Source: Candidatus Jordarchaeia archaeon (lineage in GTDB: Archaea; Asgardarchaeota; Jordiarchaeia; Jordiarchaeales; Jordiarchaeaceae). Taken from it: DNA of 64,000 nucleotides. The stretch is taken from contig JAHQXB010000143.1 in assembly GCA_029856435.1 (NCBI GenBank), positions 1 through 64,000 on the forward strand. Reading direction: 5' to 3'. Both the position numbers and the translations under genes were made by a program. How positions within the stretch are numbered: the first letter of the stretch is position 1; each line of letters begins with the position of its first letter. Of the stretch, positions 37,765 to 47,648 are shown piece by piece. Under the pieces are notes generated by a model. The model was not told the origin of the DNA and made no database searches. It was given only the letters and a program-made list of their open reading frames with translations.

Positions 37765-38263
37765 GTGTTAAAACTGCTTCCATTTAGAAAGTTTGTTAAC
37801 TTAAGAAACTTCCAACAGTTAACGTTAAAGAAAAACCATTAAATCTATTATTCTTTAAAAACAACCATACATATATATGTGTCGTGCAGCCGACTCCAGC
37901 CAAAGCCCGGAATGCGGGAAGTTCGAAAAAGCCCAAAAGAGGACAGGGACACAACCGGGAACATCCTCCCACCGAAGGCAGGAGAGATGTGCCTGCTTCA
38001 ACCGTTCCCCGGGCGATAGATTCGCGGGATCTTTGCTATGGTTTTTTGCCGTTGTGTTCCCTGATAATTTATGGTTTTATCGGTGTTTTTCCTCGATTTT
38101 TAATATTTCCATCCCGTTCAAGTGGTGAGAAACAGTTTTGAGAAGCGCCAAAAAAAGGCCCAAAAACAAGAGATTTTGCGAATCTATCGCCGGGGCGAAA
38201 GCCCCCATGAAACCGGGGGAGGAAGACCCAAAGTTACGCAAGGTTAACACTGGGGCAGAACGG
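37765..38263 (+). mobile_element. ~300-bp GG-bounded structured repeat element, copy 1 (with nested MITE); right end uncertain (38233-38263)
   Basis: Aligns by eye at about 80-85% to 56676-56960 from GG|GTGTTAAAACTGCTTC to GAGGAAGACCCAAAG. Confidence 0.75.
38013..38190. mobile_element. 178-bp MITE nested in element copy 1
   Basis: Perfect 13-bp TIR GCGATAGATTCGC/GCGAATCTATCGC; 3-bp TSD CGG. Removal restores TTCCCCGGGGCGAA seen in copy 2. Confidence 0.85.
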
Positions 38264-38420
38264 TTCCTTTCCTACGTTTGCCAGATTGGTTTAGATCCCT
38301 TCGTTAAAGTCCCTATTACTTATAGAATATAATTCTAACTGTTATTAGGACAAGCTTCCTTGAAGTTTTAGTATACATTTTTATATGTTCAAAAAAATAA
38401 GAATATTTGGGATTGATTAT

Positions 38421-39041
38421 ATGAAAATAGGGGAGTTATTGGAAGCAATGAAGGAGTCTCCGACGATTTCACCCAGTTTCGATGGCGTTGACGTGCTCAT
38501 GGTGCTTTTACTTTTCTCACAGAAGAACTATCCCCTTGGAAGATACACTCTTAGGGAGCAACTAAAGTTGGGGCCAGGTGTTATAAGAACTCTGCTTCGC
38601 CGCTTAACCCAACTAAATTTAATTAAACCGGTGGGCAAGAAAGGACACATTCTAACCGCTGAGGGGGAAAAAACGGTTGAAGAACTGCGAAGTGTAATGG
38701 CTGAAGAGAAGAAACTTCCAGAAAGTGAGCTATCTATAGGGGGAGAAAGTAACTATGGCATTAGACTGAGGAACACTGCGGACAAAATCTCTGACGGATT
38801 AGGGCAACGCGATAAAGCTGTACAAGTAGGCGCTGGAGGGGCAACAACAATCATCTGCAAAGGGGGGAAACTAATTATTCCCAAGATAGGAGAGTTAAAT
38901 GTCAAAGAGGAAAAAATGATTAGAGAAACTTTCAAAGTACAAGAAGGAGACACCATAATCATCACTTCGGCGGATAATGATTTAACTGCTTGGAAGGGAG
39001 CCTTAGCGGTAGCTTTAAATCTAATACATCCACCAAAGTAA
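38421..39041 (+). CDS. HTH transcriptional regulator with DUF4443-like C-terminal domain
   Basis: GRYTLREQLKLGPGVIRTLL HTH; GLGQRDKAVQVGAGGATT. Confidence 0.8.
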   Translation: MKIGELLEAMKESPTISPSFDGVDVLMVLLLFSQKNYPLGRYTLREQLKLGPGVIRTLLRRLTQLNLIKPVGKKGHILTAEGEKTVEELRSVMAEEKKLPESELSIGGESNYGIRLRNTADKISDGLGQRDKAVQVGAGGATTIICKGGKLIIPKIGELNVKEEKMIRETFKVQEGDTIIITSADNDLTAWKGALAVALNLIHPPK

Positions 39042-39203
39042 GAAACCTTACCGTAATTTTCCATTTGTAATTTGCCACAGAAAATCTGCAATGTTAAGAT
39101 TCTTTTGAAACTTGAAATAAATGATTTATTCGTTATAAACAGTTCAAAAAAATCTTCAAAAAGTAATATTCAGTAATCTAAAGTCTTTAATAAAAATTAT
39201 TTT

Positions 39204-39674
39204 TTAGATGTAGAGTCCTCTGTGGTCCTCGTTTTTTCTTTTTGCCCACTGGGTTTCCCACTTTTTAACGAAACTTGTGGTTCCTTCTATTAGCTCCTGT
39301 ATTTCCTCGATTTCTCCCTGCGATAATGCTTCCCTCAGGCTTTCCCACACCTCTTTCTCTTCTTTCTCCTTAACCTTTTTGTTTACCTCCTCCCTTATTA
39401 TTGCAGCTGCTTTATGGCCTGTGAGCATGTTCAAATATTTATTTATCAAACTATTCAGATTCTCGTCTAGGTTTAAAACGTGGAGAGTTTCAAGAAGGGA
39501 CAACATGGCAATGTCGAAATCGTCAATTTCAATTTCAGTGTCCAACTCTTCTAGTTCTTGTATTATCTCATCATAACTTGTGTGGAAAATCCAGAAAATA
39601 TTTCTGATTTCATTCAAAAGCAGTTCCGAAGTCATCATCATCACCCAAAAGTATCTAACTTCAAAGATTAGCAT
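39204..39674 (-). CDS. Acidic helical hypothetical protein (start probably about 39638)
   Basis: 156-aa ORF, GGGTGA RBS at the ATG cluster. Confidence 0.7.
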   Translation of the reverse strand: MLIFEVRYFWVMMMTSELLLNEIRNIFWIFHTSYDEIIQELEELDTEIEIDDFDIAMLSLLETLHVLNLDENLNSLINKYLNMLTGHKAAAIIREEVNKKVKEKEEKEVWESLREALSQGEIEEIQELIEGTTSFVKKWETQWAKRKNEDHRGLYI

Positions 39675-40049
39675 GATTGCTTAAAAATTAATCGCTTAAA
39701 CAATAAATCATAACTAAAATTTTAAAGAGATATTTATAAAAAACATTACAATTAGTTTAAAATAAAGTTTAAATAATAACTTTACCACCAAAATAGAGAA
39801 TTCTCCAAAAAAGCTTGGTACAAGTGATGAGATTTTTGGCACCAGACACACATTGTTTTTGTTTATTTTAGCTTCTGTATTTTTGTATGGGGGTTAGGGT
39901 GTTTTTTGTTGTGACTCTGTTTAAGGGGCGGCTTTAAACCTTCTTTTCTAGGTTCCAATCTTCTTTTCCAAGTTCTGCCTCAAAAAGGGTTTTTGGGGAA
40001 CACTTTTACATACTTCCCTAATCAAAAATGCATACTTGCTACTCTACAC

Positions 40050-40242
40050 CAAAGGCGACATAATTAACTGAGCGTTACCTATTGTGCGCATATTTCGGAA
40101 AGTGTCCTAAGACCCTTGAGAGGAGCTTGCTCACAGTTTTTCCATCGGTGAAAAAACGCCGAAATATGTTCTAGGAGGAGGGATGTTTGAGCCGAAAAAT
40201 GTTCAACACATGATAGGAGACACTTAGTTAACAGCGCCTTTG
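40050..40242 (+). ncRNA. Unknown highly structured RNA-like element (ncRNA or MITE)
   Basis: Nested stems CAAAGGCG/CGCCTTTG, TTAACTGAG..CCTAT/ATAGG..CTTAGTTAA with G-U pairs, CATATTTCGG/CCGAAATATG. Confidence 0.55.
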
Positions 40243-40337
40243 ACTCCAGCGAAAAATTTAATTAAAGTAAATACTTCTTTTTTAGAGAAACCCATCTAAC
40301 AAGTTAAAATACTAATTATTATGGGAGGTAGAAATAA

Positions 40338-40541
40338 TTGTCCAGACCTGAAGCTAAACATGTCGGGGGACTCATGAAAATAATTTCCAATCAGCGTCAA
40401 ACAGTTGCGGATCTCCTCCAAGAAATGGGACTGGAACAAGAATTCTTCGCCGTCCTCGTAGATGGGAAAAAGGCAAACCTAAACGAGGAAATCGATAAAG
40501 ACACAAAAATAATAGTATTACCCAAAATCAAGGGAGGATAA
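40338..40541 (+). CDS. MoaD/ThiS ubiquitin-like protein
   Basis: TVADLL..LGL, AVLVDG, C-terminal PKIKGG; GGAGGT RBS. Confidence 0.9.
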   Translation: MSRPEAKHVGGLMKIISNQRQTVADLLQEMGLEQEFFAVLVDGKKANLNEEIDKDTKIIVLPKIKGG

Positions 40542-40655
40542 TTCGAAACCACGGCGAAAAATAATTTGGTTAAAAAAATACAACCACGATGGTGTTGGAA
40601 CCTAAAATTGGGAAAAGAACCCCGAAATGAAATAAATATTTCTTGGTCTATGTCT

Positions 40656-42203
40656 TTATCCTTCAACTACTTGTTCCACAGCCACTTCTTTTATGCCCTT
40701 TTGTTTACGCCACTCCTCTATGGGAATGCTGAACTGTTTTTCGACGCGTTCCCTGTGAATACTGTTGTAGGTGCAGAAGGGAATTATCCGTCCGTCAGGA
40801 GTACCATAATGGATTACACATCTGTTAACCCTCTCAAGGTCAAAGTTGTATGGATCCTGGAAGTGCATCATACCTACCAGAATAATTGATCTCATAAAGT
40901 CGCCCAGAGCATGGTACTCTCCTGAACTCATAACCCTACGCATCAAGTTGAACAGTGTTCCCTTCTTCTTGAAAAACCGCAAAGCACTGGTCACAGCTCT
41001 CACTCTGCCCTTCGCTCTAGCGAGGCTACCGCCCTCAAAGTCCTTAGCTACCTTCTCCAAGGAGCCAAAAAACTTTTCCACATCCACATAGTGGGTAATC
41101 GGATAATATTCTCCGTCTTCTTCCACTCGGATAATTGTAGCCATGCCACAATGGACATTGTTTCCAAATTCTACTATACTTCTTCCCGTATAGGCGCCCA
41201 AGGCTCGGGATAGTGGGGCGGGTGTGCTGCAGGGGTAGAAGTCTTGGTATTTTATTTTTCCTTCGGTTTGTTCTTCGCATTTTTTCATAACGTCGGGTAT
41301 TGTTATTCTCATGTCCATTCTTTTGGATTCATCGATTCTTCCAGTTATGCTTACTGGTTGGAATATTATTCCTCGAATTACGTCGACGTTTTTTACCGCA
41401 AACTTTATGATGTCTCCTATTTGGTTATCGTTAACTCCTCGAACCACTGTGGGTACGAGAACAATGGAGGTTAGACCTGCCTTGCGGCAGTTTTCTATGG
41501 CTTTCATCTTTTTGGGGAGAAGGTTTACTCCTCGGGCTACCTTGTAGGGTTCAGGTGTTAAGCCGTCAAATTGCATGTAGGGGGTGCTTAATCCTGCATC
41601 TTTAAGTTCTTGGCAGTAATCCACGCTCTCAGAAAGCCTTATGGCATTGGTAGCTATTTCCACGTGTTGGAAGCCAACCTCTTTTGCGGTGCGGATAATT
41701 TCAGGTAGGTCTTCCCTCACGGTGGGTTCTCCACCGGCGAATTGTACCGCTGGGGCGGGAATTGGTCGGTTGCTTCTGAAGTTTTCCAGCATAAAGCGTA
41801 TCTGTTCTAGGGAGGGCTCATATACGTAGCCGGTTACTGCAGCGTTTGCAAAGCATATTGGGCATCGGAGGTTGCACCTGTTAGTAACGTCTATGAGGGC
41901 TAGGGCGGTATGTGAGTGGTGTTTATTGCATATGCCACAGTCAAAGGGGCAACCGAGTTTTTCTCCTGTTCTGGGATTTTCTAGGGGTATGGAGTCTAGC
42001 CACCATCTCTCCACTTTCTGGAAGAGTTCGGCATCGCCCCAGTATATGTCGGTTACTTTGCCGTGTTCGGGGCATGTTTTTTCCATAAGTACTTTTCCTT
42101 CTTCTTCATATAGTGTGGCATCTATGACTTTTTGGCATTCGGGGCAAATGCTTTTGGTTTTTATGGGAAAGGTTCTTGTTTCGTGTTCGAACAAGATAAT
42201 CAC
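40656..42203 (-). CDS. tes: Radical SAM tetraether lipid synthase (Tes/GDGT-MAS)
   Basis: SICPEC..KTCPEHG, CPFDCGIC..H, RCNLRCPICFANA, HCG, C..HY..PDGRIIPFCTYN. Confidence 0.88.
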   Translation of the reverse strand: MIILFEHETRTFPIKTKSICPECQKVIDATLYEEEGKVLMEKTCPEHGKVTDIYWGDAELFQKVERWWLDSIPLENPRTGEKLGCPFDCGICNKHHSHTALALIDVTNRCNLRCPICFANAAVTGYVYEPSLEQIRFMLENFRSNRPIPAPAVQFAGGEPTVREDLPEIIRTAKEVGFQHVEIATNAIRLSESVDYCQELKDAGLSTPYMQFDGLTPEPYKVARGVNLLPKKMKAIENCRKAGLTSIVLVPTVVRGVNDNQIGDIIKFAVKNVDVIRGIIFQPVSITGRIDESKRMDMRITIPDVMKKCEEQTEGKIKYQDFYPCSTPAPLSRALGAYTGRSIVEFGNNVHCGMATIIRVEEDGEYYPITHYVDVEKFFGSLEKVAKDFEGGSLARAKGRVRAVTSALRFFKKKGTLFNLMRRVMSSGEYHALGDFMRSIILVGMMHFQDPYNFDLERVNRCVIHYGTPDGRIIPFCTYNSIHRERVEKQFSIPIEEWRKQKGIKEVAVEQVVEG

Positions 42204-42260
42204 CTGTAAAGTCCAGTTAATTCAATTGCAACATAACGGATATTTAATGGTTTTGCGAAT

Positions 42261-42275
42261 TTTCCGAATCGGAAA
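42261..42275. promoter_or_regulatory. Perfect palindrome, candidate operator in divergent promoter
   Basis: TTTCCGA-A-TCGGAAA between tes and the RHH gene. Confidence 0.45.
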
Positions 42276-42405
42276 CATAAAATTCTTTCCGGGCGCTGCT
42301 TTTTTAAAAATTGGAATAAAATGTTTCAAAAAGTTTCTTCTAAAAAAATTTTTAACGTCCCTTAACCTTTACAATAAGTTAACTCTCACTGGGGAGAACC
42401 AGACC

Positions 42406-42588
42406 ATGAAGAAACCGTCAATGAAGTTGATTAGCATAAAGTTGCCGAACGCTTACATAGAGGGCCTAACGGATTTGGTAGAATTAGGCATCTATCCCAG
42501 CAGAAGTGAGGCCATTAGGGTTGCTGTCAGAGACATGCTCAAGAAGGAGCTCTGGAGTAGACAAGAAGCGACGAAAAAGAAAGTCTAA
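42406..42588 (+). CDS. Ribbon-helix-helix transcription factor (CdrS-like)
   Basis: ISIKLP..YIEGL..LV..G.YPSRSEAIRVAVRDML; true start ATG 42406 within the longer ORF-track frame. Confidence 0.88.
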   Translation: MKKPSMKLISIKLPNAYIEGLTDLVELGIYPSRSEAIRVAVRDMLKKELWSRQEATKKKV

Positions 42589-42809
42589 GAGGCATCATCT
42601 TATCCTAAATCATTTTTATTTGCGCAACTGTCTTCAAGCGAAATAGTCAGATACGGTACTACAAAAAACTTATTTCTCCCTTGCCAAAAGATGAGCTGCT
42701 TTTTAAATGGATTAGATATTTTTATAAACAAATAAAAAAAGGAGAATTGTCGAGTTCCTCTTGTAATCGTCATTTATTCACAAAAGAGGGAGGAGAGTGA
42801 CCACCATAT

Positions 42810-43007
42810 TTATTGGGGAGATCCCTTGCTTGCTTTTTCTGCAATGTGGGATTCAAGTTTGGACGCTGCCTCTTTCATTGCAGCTTCTCTTCCAGCTTTT
42901 CCCTCAGCCAAGGATTTTTGTAATTCTTTTTTCTTCTCGGCCTGAAGTTTCTCCATAAGTTCCTTATCTTTTTTAATTTGCTCAGGAGATGGAGGTTCCT
43001 CGCTCAT
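42810..43007 (-). CDS. Small charged helical protein, hypothetical
   Basis: GGAGG RBS, 65 aa, K/E-rich. Confidence 0.7.
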   Translation of the reverse strand: MSEEPPSPEQIKKDKELMEKLQAEKKKELQKSLAEGKAGREAAMKEAASKLESHIAEKASKGSPQ

Positions 43008-43178
43008 TAGCTTTCCTCCGCGTCGTTATTAGTATAATATGCGAATCTAGAGTTTAATAATATTATCATTTTCATAACTCTTTAATCAAAAAAATAAAAA
43101 CAACATAAAAATATTAAAAGTTGTGGACTTAAATTAAACGCTTCATGCATAATATTGGGAAAGAAAATTCTGAATTTT

Positions 43179-44258
43179 TCACCTTTCTCTTCTTCCTTGA
43201 ATGTACTCTTCAACCCACTGCCTTGCAGTAGTGTCTGGAACCTGTGTGGGAGGATGTTTAAATGCGTAGGAAGAGATGCTTATAAGGGGACCGGAAATTT
43301 TTCTGTCGAGAGCCAATTTAACTGCTCTAATAACATCAATAACCATACCCGCACTATTAGGGGAATCCTCCACAGATAGTTTAACGTCAAGGCTAACGGG
43401 CATATCGCCAAACTTTTTACCCCGAATTCTAATGTAACATATTTTCTGGTCACCCAAGAATGGTACATAGTCTGAGGGCCCTATTCTCACAGGTATACTG
43501 TAGGGAGTAAGGCTTGTAACCGCTTCCGTCTTGCTTATCCTCTTACTTTTTAACCTCTCCTCCACAGTCATATTCTCAAAGTCAGTGTTTCCACCAATGT
43601 TTAGTTGGTAGGTTTCGTCTATTTTAACTCCCCTGTCCAGCAAGAGTTTAACCAGCGTTCTGTGAAGTATGGTGGCACCAATCTGGCTCTTAATATCGTC
43701 ACCAGCCACAGGTAACCCTGCTTCTTCAAACTTGCTAGCCCACACTGGATCTGAAGCAATAAACTCAGGAATACAATTGGCGAAAGCACAGCCAGCATCC
43801 AGACATGCTTGAGCATAGTATCTGGAGGCCTCATAACTGCCTACAGGCAAGAAATTTATGAGAATATCTGCCTTGGCCTCCCGGAGAGCCGCAGCCACAT
43901 CCACTGGTTTCGTCTCCTTAGGATCATAGCAGAAGAAAGATTTTACCATGTGTGGCGCTACCCCGTCCATTATCGGTCCCGGTAGAACCTTAACACCCAA
44001 CTCGGGCACTTCAGCATATTTTCTAACACAGTTGGGTTTTGCAAAAATAGCTTCACTTATGTCTTTCCCAATTTTCAGCCTATTCACCTCAAATGCTGCC
44101 ACGAATTCTATGTCTCTGGGGTAGTATCCTCCAAAATTCACATGCATCAAGCCAGGAACAGTTTCCTCTTTCGTAGCATTGTAATAGTAATAAACCCCTT
44201 GGATTATTGAACTGGCACAGTTACCGAGCCCCGCAATAGCCACTCTAATCTTACCCAT
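43179..44258 (-). CDS. ino1: Inositol-3-phosphate synthase
   Basis: GLGNCASS, GDDIKSQIGAT, NIGGNTDF, SKRISKT, DSPNSAG. Confidence 0.95.
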   Translation of the reverse strand: MGKIRVAIAGLGNCASSIIQGVYYYYNATKEETVPGLMHVNFGGYYPRDIEFVAAFEVNRLKIGKDISEAIFAKPNCVRKYAEVPELGVKVLPGPIMDGVAPHMVKSFFCYDPKETKPVDVAAALREAKADILINFLPVGSYEASRYYAQACLDAGCAFANCIPEFIASDPVWASKFEEAGLPVAGDDIKSQIGATILHRTLVKLLLDRGVKIDETYQLNIGGNTDFENMTVEERLKSKRISKTEAVTSLTPYSIPVRIGPSDYVPFLGDQKICYIRIRGKKFGDMPVSLDVKLSVEDSPNSAGMVIDVIRAVKLALDRKISGPLISISSYAFKHPPTQVPDTTARQWVEEYIQGRRER

Positions 44259-44645
44259 TCCTTTGACCTCCTTTAAGTCACCAGATAAGATAATAATTTA
44301 CCACAATCACCCAGCAATTGCTAGTTTTTAAATATAATACTCAAAACATCATTTAACCCTTATAAATTTGCTCCAACTGACAGTTAAACCTTAATTTCCG
44401 CACCATCACACCATAATCGAATTAAAAAACGGTGAGCTGAAGCTTTTTAGACAAAATGCGAAAAATTGTCTTCACGGCCACCCACATGGGCTTTTCTTAG
44501 AGTGTGAAAATGTTTTTGTAGCGAATAAAGGTATACAACCCTAAAAAATTCGTACTCGAATGTCGAATGCATATATAAACCAATAAAAAGAAAAAGAAGA
44601 ATGTTTTATTCTCAAACGAGTGCCTGTGGAAATGATTAGTGGTGC

Positions 44646-46628
44646 TTAAATCTTGCGAGCTATTTCCGCTGCTTCGTGAACCGCTTCAAACGCTTTACGG
44701 GGCTGTACACAGTCACCAATGGCATACACCTCGGGGGCTAAGCCCTCCAACTGATCTATGAGTTCACTATTAGGAACCGTACCAACTGCTAAAACCACGG
44801 TATCCGCTTCAAGGACGTCTCCATTCTCCAGAATAACTCCCCTATCATCAATTTTGGCCACTTTGGAGTTTGTTAACATTTTCACACCGCGCATTGATAG
44901 GGTTTTCAGAATTGTCCAGCGGCATGTTCTACTAATATCTGCGCCCATCTTGTCCATCATTTCCACAACAGTGACGTTACGGGTTTTTCTCACCATATCG
45001 TAAGCGGTTTGCAGATCCAAAACGCCAAAATTAACCAAGAAAATCATCTGCTCAGGAGTAATGGAGCCACGATCAGTTAGGTAGAGCGCCGTCTCACAGC
45101 CCACACCGCCACCACCCACCACTACCACTCTCTTACCCACAGCCACCTTACCCGCAAGCACATCCCAAGATTTAACAACGTTTGGGCCGTCAACACCAGG
45201 AATATTGGGAATCAGCGGCCGTCCACCAGTGGCGACGATAATCACGTCAGGCTTCAGTTTCTTTACCACTTCTGGGGTGACCTCTTTACCCAGAACCACA
45301 TTAATACCAAGTAGGCTCATTTGGTAGGACAGGTAGTCTACAAGATTCTTGAATTCCCGCCTGTCTTGGGGGGCCGCTGCTAGATTTAATTGGCCACCCA
45401 GCGAATGGGTCTTTTCATATAGTGTTACTTCGTGCCCTCTAAGCTTTGCCACTCTAGCAGCCTCCATACCTGCAGGTCCACCGCCAATAATGAGAACCTT
45501 TTTGCGTTTGGCGGCTGGCTTGATCTGGTACTCTGCTTCACGGCTTGCTGAAGCATTGGCCAGACACTCCACAGGTTTTAACAAGAACACGTGGTCAAAG
45601 CAGCCTTGGTTGCAGCCTAAGCACTGGCGAATCTCTTTGAAACGTCCTTCCTTAGCTTTTCTAGCCCACTCTGGGTCACAGATTAAAGCTCGACCGATAC
45701 CAACTAAGTCTGCTTTGTTGTCAAGGAGAATCTGCTCAGCCAGCAGGGGATCTGTAATCCGGTTGCATGCCATAACCGGGACGTCAACAACTTCTTTTAC
45801 ATTCTCAGCAAGCCAAACATAGGCACCGCGGGGAACATTCATAGTAATCTGGGGAACGGGGGACTCATGCCATCCCCCTGTAACATTAAACATGTCAACT
45901 CCCGCCTCTGCGAATATCGGAGCATATACTCGGACTTCTTTGTAGGTGTTTCCACCGGGCATCATGTCGTCACCTGAAATTCTCATAATTAGAGGATAAT
46001 CGTCGCCAACTCTGTCTTTTATGGCTTGTATACACTCCACGCCAAACCGCGTTCTGGCTTTTAGGTCTCCACCATACTCGTCGTCCCTCTTATTTGTGAG
46101 TGGTGAGAGAAACTGTGGAATCAGGTAACCTGCTGAGGCTATCAACTCCACAGCGTCAAAGCCCGCCTTCTTGGCTCTCAGCGCAGCTTCTCCATAATTC
46201 TTCTCAGTCTGAATTATTTCCTCCTTGGTCATTGCTCTGGGAGTTTCGCCCGTAAACTTGGATTGAACTGCCGAAGCACTGACTGGTGTCTGTCCAATGA
46301 TCATTGAGAAGGCGTATCTGCCCGAATGGTAAAGCTGAGCACCACATTTGGCGCCACCCTCGTGTATAGCTTTAGCCAATTTTGAAAGCCCCGGAATTGC
46401 TTCATCGCTGTCTATTCTGAGCATGGTATCCATTCCCTTACCCAGCAACTCGGTCCAGCATCCGCCAACCAAAATGAGTCCAACCTCATTTTTGGCGCGT
46501 TCAGCATAAAAGTCAATTATTCGTTGGGTTACGTAGCCCTGATCCGCGTACCCAAGGTGCATTGCGGGCATAACTATACGGTTTTTAAGTTCCATACTGC
46601 CTATTTGAATTGGTTCAAATAATTTCAT
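44646..46628 (-). CDS. NADH:flavin oxidoreductase / 2,4-dienoyl-CoA reductase-like (OYE plus FAD domain)
   Basis: NRIVMPAMH, GFDAVE, NKRDDEYGG, CLGCNQGC, GGGPAG. Confidence 0.92.
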   Translation of the reverse strand: MKLFEPIQIGSMELKNRIVMPAMHLGYADQGYVTQRIIDFYAERAKNEVGLILVGGCWTELLGKGMDTMLRIDSDEAIPGLSKLAKAIHEGGAKCGAQLYHSGRYAFSMIIGQTPVSASAVQSKFTGETPRAMTKEEIIQTEKNYGEAALRAKKAGFDAVELIASAGYLIPQFLSPLTNKRDDEYGGDLKARTRFGVECIQAIKDRVGDDYPLIMRISGDDMMPGGNTYKEVRVYAPIFAEAGVDMFNVTGGWHESPVPQITMNVPRGAYVWLAENVKEVVDVPVMACNRITDPLLAEQILLDNKADLVGIGRALICDPEWARKAKEGRFKEIRQCLGCNQGCFDHVFLLKPVECLANASASREAEYQIKPAAKRKKVLIIGGGPAGMEAARVAKLRGHEVTLYEKTHSLGGQLNLAAAPQDRREFKNLVDYLSYQMSLLGINVVLGKEVTPEVVKKLKPDVIIVATGGRPLIPNIPGVDGPNVVKSWDVLAGKVAVGKRVVVVGGGGVGCETALYLTDRGSITPEQMIFLVNFGVLDLQTAYDMVRKTRNVTVVEMMDKMGADISRTCRWTILKTLSMRGVKMLTNSKVAKIDDRGVILENGDVLEADTVVLAVGTVPNSELIDQLEGLAPEVYAIGDCVQPRKAFEAVHEAAEIARKI

Positions 46629-47059
46629 TTTTATTCACCTTTCTTGTAGGGGAGAGGAACATAACTTTTGGGAACTTTATTTTTATCTATTTATTTTTCT
46701 TTCCCTCTTATTTCCAAGCGGTTTCCAATCCTTGGAAGATGTAAGCCAGAATCTGTCAGACAACAAGTCTAATGATTTCTGATAATGTTTTAAATGAATT
46801 TTAGTGTAATTATTTGAAATCCCATTCAGAATGAAGGTTACCTTTTCATATTCGATTGGTGTGAGGTTCTCTAGGGAAGAGGAGGCATGTTGGAGTGGGG
46901 TGGTTGGCGCTTAAAATGTGAAATCCAAAAAGTTGAAATAGATAAAGTTGAGAATTATGTTAAAAATATAAAAGACTGTGTATTAGGTAATAAAAAATAC
47001 TAGGTAAAATTTGGTTTAAACTCTATTTAAGCTGGTTAAAAATAAATAGCAAAGCATCG

Positions 47060-47590
47060 TTGATAGGTTTGGGAATTAAATTGGAGGAAGAGCAAAAGAA
47101 GCAGGTTCAAGAGTACCTGGAATTATGTCAGAGGCTAACTGACGAGATAAGAAAAAGATTCAACGGAGAAATAGAGTCAGCAGAAGCTATAAGGGAACAC
47201 GCTGAGAAATATCTAGAAATGGCGGAGGACATCCAAATCCATCTTCAGAGAATAATTGAGTACCTAGAATTAAGAAAGAGGGCCATTAACGAGTTTTTTT
47301 CTCACCTATTCTGGGTTAAACAAGCCATCACCGCCACCAATGTGGAGGAAACCTTCTTTTATCTCAGAAACGCCCTCGAAGGACTAATAGACATGGAAAC
47401 ACTGGTAAAGCGGGAAAACGAACTAGCAATAAATTTTGACAAAAAGATTCAAGCCATAAGAGGATTCATCGACCTCGTGGAAGAAACAGGACGGGAACTG
47501 GAAGACTACCAAAAATTTTATCCAGAACTTCTACAGAAACTCGAAGAGATAATAAAAACCATAAAAAAGCCAGCCACCCAAACAAAATAA
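47060..47590 (+). CDS. Coiled-coil hypothetical protein
   Basis: 176 aa, E/K/L-rich heptads. Confidence 0.75.
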   Translation: MIGLGIKLEEEQKKQVQEYLELCQRLTDEIRKRFNGEIESAEAIREHAEKYLEMAEDIQIHLQRIIEYLELRKRAINEFFSHLFWVKQAITATNVEETFFYLRNALEGLIDMETLVKRENELAINFDKKIQAIRGFIDLVEETGRELEDYQKFYPELLQKLEEIIKTIKKPATQTK

Positions 47591-47648
47591 GTAAATGCAA
47601 GACAAACCCTAGAATTCAGAGGAGATCCCAAACCGGTTTTTGATTGAA

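Noticed and set aside
37905-38240. Group I intron (GAATGCGGGAAG resembles the P element) or RNase P RNA (GAGGAAG)
   Set aside because: No complementary Q (CCGCA), no ordered R/S (GACUA...UAGUC) pair, and the RNase P CR motifs are not in the right order.
37877-38332. ORFs 37877-38128, 37884-38141, 38138-38332 (and 56752-57088 set)
   Set aside because: They lie within the non-coding repeat and nested MITE, and frames are not conserved between the two copies.
40050-40242. Moco/Wco or TPP riboswitch assignment
   Set aside because: CCTAAG is present but the partner TATGG and the terminal motif order are missing, and there is no TPP CTGAGA...CCTGA core. Kept as an unknown structure instead.
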